This document shows positions 44,382 through 54,068 of a DNA stretch of 64,000 bases, one piece after another. The stretch covers positions 1 through 64,000 of the forward strand of contig CAWEDJ010000071.1 in NCBI GenBank assembly GCA_963807635.1. The letters run 5' to 3'. Under the pieces are notes generated by a model. That model was not told where the DNA came from, ran no database searches, and saw only the letters and a program-made list of their open reading frames with translations. The translations under genes and the position numbers were made by a program. Positions within the stretch are counted from its first letter, which is position 1; every line of letters starts with the position of its first letter. This DNA comes from an uncultured cyanobacterium (GTDB lineage: Bacteria; Cyanobacteriota; Cyanobacteriia; Cyanobacteriales; Microcystaceae).

Positions 44382-45236
44382 TTATTTGGAGTGAACATAG
44401 GAAGCGTCATAGCGACTGGCCAAATTCATAATGAGATGCTCATTACATTCTGCTAGTCCTACTTGTTTCTTCTCTAGCCAGCCATCATTGTCTTTTAAAA
44501 AGGCGATTTCCTGTTCAATGGCCGCCTGAGCCGCAAACAAACAAGGAGTACTGTAATTGACCAGTCGCACTCCTGCTTCTTGTAATTGTTGGAGATTACA
44601 AGCAGGAGATTTCCCCCCTGCAATTTGATTAAATACTAGTGGGATGTGTATTTCTTCTTTAAGAACCCTGATCGTTTCCAGATCCTTAATTCCATCTGCC
44701 AAAATAGCATCAGCTCCTGCATTCACAAATGCTTTTGCTCTTCTGACAACTTCTTCAAGTTCCCCCGCATCTGTACGGGCAACAACAAATATATCTTTGC
44801 GAGTTGCTAATACTTTCTCTAGTTTCCTTAAATAATCATCCAAGTCCAAGAGTTGTTTCCCATCAAGATGGCCACATCGTCTGGGACGTTTTTGATCTTC
44901 CATAATCACACCCGCTACTCCCATTGTTTCTAATAAAGTCACAACATGGGATGCCACTTCTATATCGACATATCCATCATCGATATCAACTAATAGATAA
45001 TGATTGGGTAATATCGTTCTGACTCGGTGGACAAAACCTAGTATATCTGACCAACTGATAAAGCCAATATCTGGTAAACCATAATGACTAGCGGCAAAAC
45101 CAAATCCACTGATAAAAATTCCCTCGAAATACTTAGCCGCTATAGAGGCTGAAAAGACATCATATACACCGATAAAAGGAAATATATCGTCCTGTTTGAT
45201 TTTTTCACGAAAGAGGTTTGTTAAATTTTCTGACAT
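44382..45236 (-). CDS. Isocitrate lyase/PEP mutase superfamily C-C lyase (oxaloacetate hydrolase / methylisocitrate lyase-like)
   Basis: SGFG, GLPDIG, DIDDGY, EDQKRPRRCGH, VARTD motifs. Confidence 0.85.
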   Translation of the reverse strand: MSENLTNLFREKIKQDDIFPFIGVYDVFSASIAAKYFEGIFISGFGFAASHYGLPDIGFISWSDILGFVHRVRTILPNHYLLVDIDDGYVDIEVASHVVTLLETMGVAGVIMEDQKRPRRCGHLDGKQLLDLDDYLRKLEKVLATRKDIFVVARTDAGELEEVVRRAKAFVNAGADAILADGIKDLETIRVLKEEIHIPLVFNQIAGGKSPACNLQQLQEAGVRLVNYSTPCLFAAQAAIEQEIAFLKDNDGWLEKKQVGLAECNEHLIMNLASRYDASYVHSK

Positions 45237-45579
45237 GGTAATTTTTCTTTTTTGTTGAATGTTTTGAATAACAATTTTATAGAGGCTTAAAGCCTCCCAG
45301 AATTGGGGTTTGAGGAGGCAACCTTCTGTCTAATGAAAATTACTAATAGATTTTTCTCTAGACAATTTTTTTAGACTTAACCTTTGCAATGTAAAATTAA
45401 GTCTATGGGTTGTATATTGAAATTTTTACCAGCGAAAAACAAAAAATTGTGATGTTCGTAATGTTTGTTTTGTAATTGAATTTACCTTTTTCTGGGTCAT
45501 ATAAAAATCAATAATTCGTATTTAGATAACATTAATTATCGATTAGTATTTTTTTCTGAATCTAGGCTTTAGAGGAAAT

Positions 45580-46842
45580 TTACGTTGGTGTTTTCCATCG
45601 ATGTGGTATAAAAACACTACCAAATGAATCTAATACAGGACGATTTCGTATTTGTTTTCCTTCAACCTGAAAGGATGCCGCGTACTCCACATAATCAACG
45701 ACTTTTCCTTCTTCACTACTCCAAAGTCCCGCATTAATCCTATAACGACCAGGTAGAAGTAACAGTTCGTCAATTTCACAAATAAACTTGCTTTCCTTTG
45801 TTGAAATGATCATATCTTCTCGACTATATGCAGAAGAATCAAATAGAGTAACTGGCTGACTATGTTGATTATAGATTGAAAAAAAGCAGACTAATCCTGG
45901 ATATATCTTGGTAGCATAAAAAACGAAAATAGCAGAAGAACCTACTATTAATGTATCAGATAAATCACTTTCCGCACCATTGAATTTCATGTCAATGAGT
46001 CGTGATTCACCACTCCCATTACGATCTGCTCGTTCTGAAAGATTTTGAGATGATGCTTTTTCTAAACTTCTAATGTAACTTTCTACTACTTTATTAGCCG
46101 TGTCATTAGCTAAAATAGTTCCTTTTCCAAGGAGAATACCATGAGTGCAAAGTGATTGTAATATTCCCAAGTTATGACTAACAAATAATATTGTTCTTCC
46201 CTCTTTACCAACCTCTTCCATTTTTCCTAAGCACTTCTTCTGAAACTGAGCATCTCCAACGGCTAAAACTTCATCCACAATCAAAATTTCAGGTTCCAAA
46301 TGGACTGCCACAGCAAATGCCAACCGCACATACATACCCGAAGAATAATGCTTCACTGGTGTATCTAAAAATTTCTCTACCTCAGCAAAATCGACAATTT
46401 CATCAAATTTTCTCGTTATTTCTGCTTTGCTCATTCCTAAAATTGCACCGTTAAGATAGGTATTTTCTCTTCCTGTCAACTCAGGATGAAAACCCGTACC
46501 TACTTCTAATAAACTAGCGACTCTTCCCTTAATTGAGATTCGGCCAGATGTTGGCTCAGTAATTCGACTTAAAATTTTCAATAGTGTTGATTTACCTGCA
46601 CCATTACGTCCGATAATACCAACGCGATCGCCTTGTTTGATTTCAAAAGAGATATCTTTCAACGCCCAGAAATCTTCTTTTTGTGAGTTTTGTACCTTGA
46701 ATTTTTGATTGTGTATATTTTTTAAGAAAGATATGCTTTTATTCGTTATAACATCTCTTAAAGCAGTATATCTTTCTTGCTTTTGATGTTTAATAATATA
46801 CCTTTTACTTAAATTTTCAACTTGAATAATGGTATCAGACAT
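45580..46842 (-). CDS. wzt: Polysaccharide ABC transporter ATP-binding subunit with C-terminal Wzt_C domain
   Basis: GRNGAGKST, YSSGMYVRLAF, IVDEVLAVGD; C-terminal LLPGRY beta domain. Confidence 0.92.
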   Translation of the reverse strand: MSDTIIQVENLSKRYIIKHQKQERYTALRDVITNKSISFLKNIHNQKFKVQNSQKEDFWALKDISFEIKQGDRVGIIGRNGAGKSTLLKILSRITEPTSGRISIKGRVASLLEVGTGFHPELTGRENTYLNGAILGMSKAEITRKFDEIVDFAEVEKFLDTPVKHYSSGMYVRLAFAVAVHLEPEILIVDEVLAVGDAQFQKKCLGKMEEVGKEGRTILFVSHNLGILQSLCTHGILLGKGTILANDTANKVVESYIRSLEKASSQNLSERADRNGSGESRLIDMKFNGAESDLSDTLIVGSSAIFVFYATKIYPGLVCFFSIYNQHSQPVTLFDSSAYSREDMIISTKESKFICEIDELLLLPGRYRINAGLWSSEEGKVVDYVEYAASFQVEGKQIRNRPVLDSFGSVFIPHRWKTPT

Positions 46843-46928
46843 AATTAATTTGTTAAAATATTATTTAGATATTAGATTAAAATGGTTTTTAATATTAGTA
46901 CTACTGAGTTACTTAGCACAATTTCAGA

Positions 46929-47870
46929 CTATATACCCAACAATTCGGCATAACACCAATTGGCATAAACTTGGACACCCCGCTCTAAAGATACAAAATC
47001 AGTTATTCCTAGATTTCCTAATTTTGTAACATCAGCTTGCCAATTAAGAGGCATTCCCACAGGAACGATTCCATCAAATTCAACACTTCCTTTGTAATCT
47101 AAGGATTTAAACACCATATTCGTTAGTTCTGAAACAGTGATTTCTCTTCCACTTGCAATATTATATGCCTCTCCTTGCATGGGAGCAGAAGTTGCCACTA
47201 CCATTAAAGCCTTGGCAATATCAAGTGCATGAATAAAATCACGACTTTCTCGACCCGATCCCTGTAAATTAACGATAAATTGATAAATTGCTTGTCGGCA
47301 AATATCCCAAAGCACTTGACGGCGTAAACCTGGACCATAAGCGGAAAAAATTCGTACACTTGCAGTTTGTAAGTCATAAATCTTGCTAAATTCTAAACAT
47401 AGTTGTTCGCTTTGCAATTTATGAAAGCCATAAGGAGAGATGGGGTTACAGCCTTGAGTTTCTCCAATGGGTAATGACTCAGGATTTCCATAAACGGCTG
47501 CAGTAGAAAGAAAAATAAATCGACAACTAGGAACGTTAATTCGTAACGCATTTAAAACTTCAAACGTTAAAGCTGCGTTAGATTGGAAGTCAATATCGGG
47601 ATCAATTACCGACAATCCAACAGAAGCGCGCCCTGCACAATGAATACAAACATTAGGAGAATATTCCTTTAATAAATTATTAAAAGACGGATCTGGTAAT
47701 CTGACACGATGATAGGTAGTTAAGTTGTGAAGAGGAGCATTTTCAGGAGGCGAATCACCAATACCAATTACAGACCAACCTTGCTCTGAGAAATGTCGAG
47801 CAATATAACGGCCAATAAATCCTGCTACCCCAGTAACTAAAACCGATTGTAAGTTAGTATTCATTTCCAT
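46929..47870 (-). CDS. NAD-dependent epimerase/dehydratase
   Basis: GVAGFIG, YGFHK, RIFSAYGPG, RDFIH. Confidence 0.88.
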   Translation of the reverse strand: MEMNTNLQSVLVTGVAGFIGRYIARHFSEQGWSVIGIGDSPPENAPLHNLTTYHRVRLPDPSFNNLLKEYSPNVCIHCAGRASVGLSVIDPDIDFQSNAALTFEVLNALRINVPSCRFIFLSTAAVYGNPESLPIGETQGCNPISPYGFHKLQSEQLCLEFSKIYDLQTASVRIFSAYGPGLRRQVLWDICRQAIYQFIVNLQGSGRESRDFIHALDIAKALMVVATSAPMQGEAYNIASGREITVSELTNMVFKSLDYKGSVEFDGIVPVGMPLNWQADVTKLGNLGITDFVSLERGVQVYANWCYAELLGI

Positions 47871-47953
47871 TATGTTGTAAGAATAATTTTACACCAAAAA
47901 ATAAATAAATTTTTGAAAATAATTTTATGTTTTTAAAACTTTAGCTTAAAAAT

Positions 47954-49201
47954 TTAGATTTCTAAAATAGCTTTTTTCCACCAACCTTTTCGAGTTTTAT
48001 TAAAATTAAAAGCATCTTCTAAAATTTGCTTATTTAATTTTTCTAAGACTTCTTTTTTAGATAAAGCGTCACAAATATAAGCGGCTGCTTCATGGGGTTT
48101 ATTCATCTCTAAAATTGGTAAACCAGATAAATAGGGCAAAGCATTTAAGCAAGGCTGTGTTGCAAAGAATGGTAGTCCATAGGAAACACATTCAACTACT
48201 TTCATTTTGACAGAAAAATCATTATCAATAGGGCAGATAAACATATCGGAAGTCTGAAACAAATTTTCAAGCTGCTCTTGAGGAATAAAACCAGGAATAT
48301 GGACGTTATTTTTAATAGTCCAATCTTTTGGCATATCATTATAATTTGTACCAGTAATGACAATTTTTATTTGATTATTTAATCTTAATAATCTGGGAGA
48401 TAATTCACTAAGTAACCATTTTACGGCTAAAAAATTAAAATAATAATTAATATTGCCTGCAAAGAAAACTGTTTGTGAATTCGTATAATGCCAACCGACA
48501 ATTTTAGGTGGTATAACTTGTGAGTTAACCAATACTTTCTTATTAGATAGCAAATAGTTAGGAATATCTGCTTCGGACATAAATATACATTTATTAGCGA
48601 ATTGACAGACTTTTTTTTCAAAGTTTTTTATTCTTAAAAAACTAATCAGGATATGAAATTTAGATTCATGGTAATAATGTGGAGCAAGGGCTTTATAAAA
48701 TTCAGCTTCTTTATCAGTTGCAAGATAAACTTTTTTTTGTTTAAGATCAAGAAAATTTTTAAACCATAAAATACTATATAATTGTTCAACAATAACAACT
48801 CCAATGGAGAGTTGATCGCAAAGATCAGTTAAATATTTAGAAACGTTTTTCACTTGATCCTGATTATTACAAAGTGTTTTGCTTGCCTGCCAAAGGCTAA
48901 AGTGCAAAAAAAAAGATCGTATTTTAAGGTTTATACGTTGTAATAATAAGGATAATTTAGTCGGAAAAATTTGCGGTTTTGTTGAAGGAGATGGTGGCGT
49001 AGCAAAGTAATATTTTACTTGCAGTTTATCTAATTGAATACTAGCTCTCAATTGATTTTTTTCTTCACAAATAATGGCAACATAAAAATTGATATTTTCT
49101 ATTTTTGACAATTGAAAAATATCATTTAAAATTGCCATTGCACCACCATCATTATTATACAAAGGATAACTTGTGAAATAAAGAATATTTTGCTTTTCCA
49201 T
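47954..49201 (-). CDS. GT4-like glycosyltransferase, paralog A
   Basis: DGGA N-terminal motif, FAGNINY, KMKVVECVSYGLP. Confidence 0.8.
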   Translation of the reverse strand: MEKQNILYFTSYPLYNNDGGAMAILNDIFQLSKIENINFYVAIICEEKNQLRASIQLDKLQVKYYFATPPSPSTKPQIFPTKLSLLLQRINLKIRSFFLHFSLWQASKTLCNNQDQVKNVSKYLTDLCDQLSIGVVIVEQLYSILWFKNFLDLKQKKVYLATDKEAEFYKALAPHYYHESKFHILISFLRIKNFEKKVCQFANKCIFMSEADIPNYLLSNKKVLVNSQVIPPKIVGWHYTNSQTVFFAGNINYYFNFLAVKWLLSELSPRLLRLNNQIKIVITGTNYNDMPKDWTIKNNVHIPGFIPQEQLENLFQTSDMFICPIDNDFSVKMKVVECVSYGLPFFATQPCLNALPYLSGLPILEMNKPHEAAAYICDALSKKEVLEKLNKQILEDAFNFNKTRKGWWKKAILEI

Positions 49202-49393
49202 ATCTTCTCTCTAGAGCTATTTTGATATTAATACCTTTTAATACGTTGATATTTATATTTCATTAGAGGAATATGAAGAATATCTTAAGTATTAGTAATT
49301 TCTTCTCTTTTGTTTGATACTCCCGTATAAATATTTTTAGGTAAGATAACCCAAGTTTGTTAGTTTGTAGATCAATATTTATTGATTTAATAT

Positions 49394-50614
49394 TTAAGCA
49401 TCTAAAATAGATTTTTCCCACCAATCTTTTTGAGTTTTATTAAAATTAAAAGCATCCTCTAAAATTTGCTTATTTAATTTTTCTAAGACTTCTTTTTTAG
49501 ATAAAGTGTCACAAATATAAGCGGCTGCTTCATCGGGTTTATTCATCTCTAAAATTGGTAAACCAGATAAATAGGGCAAAGCATTTAAGCAAGGCTGTGT
49601 TGCAAAGAATGGTAGTCCATAGGAAACACATTCAACTAATTTCATTTTTACGGAAAAATCATTATCAATAGGACAGATAAACATATCGGAAGTCTGAAAC
49701 AAATTTTCAAGCTGTTCTTGAGGAATAAAACCAGGAATATGGACGTTATTTTCAATAGTCCAATCTTTTGGCATATCATCATAATTTGTACCAGTAATGA
49801 CAATTTTTATTTGATTATTTAATCTTAATAATCTGGGAGATAATTCACTGAGTAACCATTTTACGGCTAAAAAATTGGGATGATAATCAATATTGCCTGC
49901 AAAGAAAACTGTCTGTGAATTTGTATAATACCAGCCAACCAGTTTAGGTGGAAGTATTGGGGAATTAATTAATACTTTTTCATTAGCTAGTAAATAATTA
50001 GGAATATCTGCTTTGGACATAAATATACATCTATCAGCTAATTCACAGACTCTTTTTTCAAAATTTCTTAGTCTTAAAGATTTAATAAAATTAAAAAACT
50101 TGGAAAATTTAGAACTATCATATTTCGTAAGATACTTGAATAGTTCTGCTTCTTTATCAAATGCAAGATAGATTTTTTTCTGTTTAAAACCAAGAAAATT
50201 TTCAAACCATAAAATACTATATAATTGTTCAACAATAATAACCTGAATCAAATATTTCTCGCAAAAATCAGTTAAATAGTTAGAAATACTTTTGACTTGA
50301 TTATGATTGTAAAATCGTATTTCCATTTCATACCAAAAACCAAAATATGATTGTATTTTATAAAATATTTTTTTTAAGAAGTTCTTTGTTTTTTTTGTTG
50401 GTATTGTTGGCGAAAAAAAGTGATATTTTATACCGAGTTTATCCAATTTTGCACTGATTTTCGATTTACTATTTTCTTGACAGCAAATAATAACATAAAG
50501 ATTAATTTCTTCTATGTGAGATATCCTAAAAATATTGTTTAAAATCTCCATGCTACCACCATCATTAAGGTCTAATGGATAGCTTGTGAAATAAAGAATA
50601 TTACGCTTTTTCAT
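49394..50614 (-). CDS. GT4-like glycosyltransferase, paralog B
   Basis: Same motifs; 3' half nearly identical to paralog A at an offset of 1440 bp. Confidence 0.8.
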   Translation of the reverse strand: MKKRNILYFTSYPLDLNDGGSMEILNNIFRISHIEEINLYVIICCQENSKSKISAKLDKLGIKYHFFSPTIPTKKTKNFLKKIFYKIQSYFGFWYEMEIRFYNHNQVKSISNYLTDFCEKYLIQVIIVEQLYSILWFENFLGFKQKKIYLAFDKEAELFKYLTKYDSSKFSKFFNFIKSLRLRNFEKRVCELADRCIFMSKADIPNYLLANEKVLINSPILPPKLVGWYYTNSQTVFFAGNIDYHPNFLAVKWLLSELSPRLLRLNNQIKIVITGTNYDDMPKDWTIENNVHIPGFIPQEQLENLFQTSDMFICPIDNDFSVKMKLVECVSYGLPFFATQPCLNALPYLSGLPILEMNKPDEAAAYICDTLSKKEVLEKLNKQILEDAFNFNKTQKDWWEKSILDA

Positions 50615-50729
50615 GTCTATTTTATTAAAATTAATTTTCAGTTTTTTCTAAATAGAGAAACAATAAGAAAGAAAAATTCAGATCTAAATTTTTTAGGATA
50701 TAACTTCAAAATAAAGCCCAAAAATCACT

Positions 50730-50825
50730 TATAGCGATATTCATAAAAGTGAGGTATAGCCAAAGCTTGATTAACAAGGGGCTTAAGCCCCTTGCCTGTA
50801 CCTCATAGGACTGCACACCGCTATA
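50730..50825. mobile_element. 96-bp MITE-like element, copy 2
   Basis: 95/96 identical to 6233-6328, same orientation. Confidence 0.85.
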
Positions 50826-50894
50826 TCTTTTTGAAATCAAAAGATATAGTATGGTTCGTCATTTTAATGTTTTATTTGGGAAAAATTGAATAAA

Positions 50895-51723
50895 CTAAAT
50901 CACATCTGCAAAGGTTCGTTCGGTTTTACGGAAATACCAAATTCCCGTAATCATAAAAAAGGCAACTATAAATAAAGATAAAAGAAAGCCAGGTAAATAG
51001 ATATTATATTGTGTTCCTAAAATTGCCCATCGAAACCCATCGATTACCCCAACCATCGGATTTAAGGAGTACAGCAAACGCCACTTTTGAGGAACGATAT
51101 TACTACTGAAACCGACGGGAGAAATATAGAGTCCAAACTGAACAATAAAGGGAACAATATAACGAAAATCACGATATTTTACATTCAGTGAAGCCAACCA
51201 TAAACCTGCTCCCATTGAAGCGGCAAAGGCGAATCGCGATAAAAAAGGGTAAAGTCAGAATACGCCAACTGGGAACAAAGTTGTACCAAGCCATTAAGCC
51301 CAATAAAATCATGCCTGAGACGAGAAAATCTACGAAACTCACGACGACGGCACTGGTGGGAATAATTAATCGAGGAAAATAAATTTTAGAAATCAGGTTG
51401 GAATTGGTAATTAAACTATTACTACATTCAGTCAATGAATTAGAAAAAAATTGCCAAGGTAACATGGCTGAAAATACCAAAATGGGGTAGGGAACGCCCT
51501 GGGAAGGTAGTTTGGCGATACTTCCAAACACCACAGTAAAAACAATCATTGTCAGAAGAGGACGAATTAATGCCCAAGCAATGCCAATGAAGGTTTGTTT
51601 ATAACGGACTAAAATATCACGCCAAGCGAGAAAATAGAAAAGCTCTCGATATTTCCAAATATCTTGCCAATACTGTTTTTCAGTTCGTTCAGCTTCGATA
51701 ATAATAGTCGATTTAGCAGTCAT
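50895..51723 (-). CDS. wzm: Polysaccharide ABC transporter permease (frameshift near 51232)
   Basis: RDILVRYKQT, LISKIYFPR, NVKYRDFRY, LNPMVGVIDGFR, ERTFADVI. Confidence 0.92.
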
Positions 51724-51782
51724 GTTAAAAGAGTCTAAATAATTTAATTCGTAAGGTTTTGGACAATTGGTTGTCTGGAATT

Positions 51783-54021
51783 TTAATCTACATTGTTGAC
51801 AATAATTCCTGCTATTTGGCTTTGATTTGTTCTCAGGTTTTCTAGGGTATCCAGGATGATCGCCCGCTCGGCACGTTTTAAATCAACAACAAATGCGACT
51901 TCATCCACTTTGGGAATAATGCTTTGGGCATCGGCTAATTCGGAAATTGCGGAAGTATCTATCAAAATATAATCATACACTTGTCGCCATTGTTCTAGCA
52001 TGAGATTCATTTTGGGAGAAACTAACCACAAAAAGGAGCTAGTGATTTCGGGGCCTGCCGTCAGGACATCGGGATAACCTTGATGAACGGGGGGAGTTTC
52101 TGCCATTGTGAGAACCGAAGCCTTGGTTAAAACCGAACCCGATAGAGCATTGGAGTTAGGTCTTGCACCATTAGTCGAATTTTCCGGAGAAAAATCGAAA
52201 TTATCCCCAGTATAGAGAGATTCCTCTCTTTCTTGGGGGGCCGTTGATTGAACTAAGCTTTGCCAAGTTAAATCGGTCGCGATCGCGGTGCTGAGACCTT
52301 GGGAGTTGGGCAGGGAAAAAACTTGATGAATTTTAGGATCTGCAAGATTAGCATCCACAATCAAGACTCGTTTTCCTAGTTCAGCTAATACCCGTCCCAA
52401 GTTACAAGTCATGGTTGTTGTGCCTTCTCCCGTTGTGGCCGCCTGCAATCGCGATAGCCTGACCAATCCGATGAGAAGTTTGCAGAGAGAGAGAGAGAGC
52501 TAAAGAACGAATCGCCTCAGTAAAAGCATTAGATTTATTTACTAGACCTGACTGGGAATTTTTGAAAACAGAAACCTGCCCTTGGGCTTTAGGAATTAAT
52601 CCCAAGATAGGCAAAGGAATCATTTGTTTGAGTTCCTGAAGATTTCTAAAACGTTGCTCAATTTTGTCTAGCCAAACAGCCATCGCTGCACCAGAGATAA
52701 TCCCCGCCAACAAAGCCAATATTAGGCCGCGATTGCGATTTTTATCCACAGGCATAGAAGATAACATCGGTGGTTCAATTACCTTCCAAGATGACGTTTC
52801 CTGAGCTTCCATGATGCGGAGTTCCTGGAGTTTTTTCTTAAAGGCATCAACAGTTTGCATATTGTCGGCTTCACGACGCTGGAGAGTTTTATAGGTCTGT
52901 TGTAATTTAAGTAGGCGATCAAGGTCTAAATTAGCCAATTTTTCCTGCTGACGCAGTTGGGGTAACTGTTTTTCCTGAGTTGACAAGCTAATCTGAAGTT
53001 GAGATAATTGACTTCCTAATGCTTGTAAAATTTCTCCATTTTCAATGTTTTTGGAGGCTATGAGAGAATTCTGTGTCCCAATCACCTGCTGACTAGACTT
53101 GCTTAATAACTGATTGAGTTCATCAATTTGTTCTTTCAATAACTTCAAGCGGGGATGGTCGGGCGTATAAAGAGCCTTTTCCGATTGGTATTGAATATTT
53201 AGAATTTGTAATTGCTTGACAATAGACTGATAGGTACTATCTTGGCTTAAAACAGCATCAGCCAATAGGGTTTTAGCATTTTGTTGGAGAGACCTGATTT
53301 GACTTTGTAAAGCTTGGTATTGTTGTTGGGTTTGATAAAGAGTTAATTCAGCCTCTGCAATCTTGACTCGAAGATTTTCTTTTTGAGAATAGGCTAAATT
53401 GATTCCCGCTTCCCCGTCGCCCAGATTGTTACGAATCCGAAAATTAGTCAATTCACGGGACGATTTTTCTAACTCCGCTTGGGCTTGGGGTAATTTTTTC
53501 TCAATAAACCGAACCGCATTGGTAACTGGCGATCGCTGGGTATCCCGTCCATACTCCAAATAGGTAGCGACTAAGGCATCTAAAACAGCCTTCGCTTGGA
53601 GAGGATTCTCATCTTCATAGGAGATAGAAAGAACCGTCGTATCTTCGGGTTGGATCAGCCGTAAATTTTTAGCCAGTAATTCCAAAGAAATTCTTCGATA
53701 GCGAGCATCCAATTTGTTGATCGCCTTACTGAGTAGAGATTGACTTCTGAGGACTTCAATCTCCGTAGGCAAATTAGCCACTTTATCCTTAGAGGAAGTC
53801 GAACCCGATTCTTCCGATTGAACAACTGGCACTGAGACCTTATTCCCCACTAAAATCAAGGATTGGGTTTGGTATAACGGTTTACGGAGAACGAGATATC
53901 CTACTCCCCCCAGAACCACTAGGGCGGTAATACTTGCAGGTAGCCAATGTCGCCTAACCGCAGTCCACCAACTAGTATTAGAGGAGGCGAAATCCGAAAC
54001 CATCATCTTCATATTTTCCAT
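51783..54021 (-). CDS. wzc: GumC/Wzc-type polysaccharide co-polymerase with degenerate kinase domain (frameshift near 52440)
   Basis: Two TM helices around a coiled-coil periplasmic region, TEIEVLRS, PILGLIP, EAIRSL, then a BY-kinase-like domain. Confidence 0.85.
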
Positions 54022-54068
54022 AAAGCATCAAATGAAATTACTGATCTGCTATCTTGACCCGAAAAATT

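Noticed and set aside
44382..45236. PEP mutase / phosphonate-modified polysaccharide pathway
   Set aside because: The active-site loop is EDQKRPRRCGH rather than EDKxxxxxNS, and no phosphonopyruvate decarboxylase or cytidylyltransferase gene is nearby.
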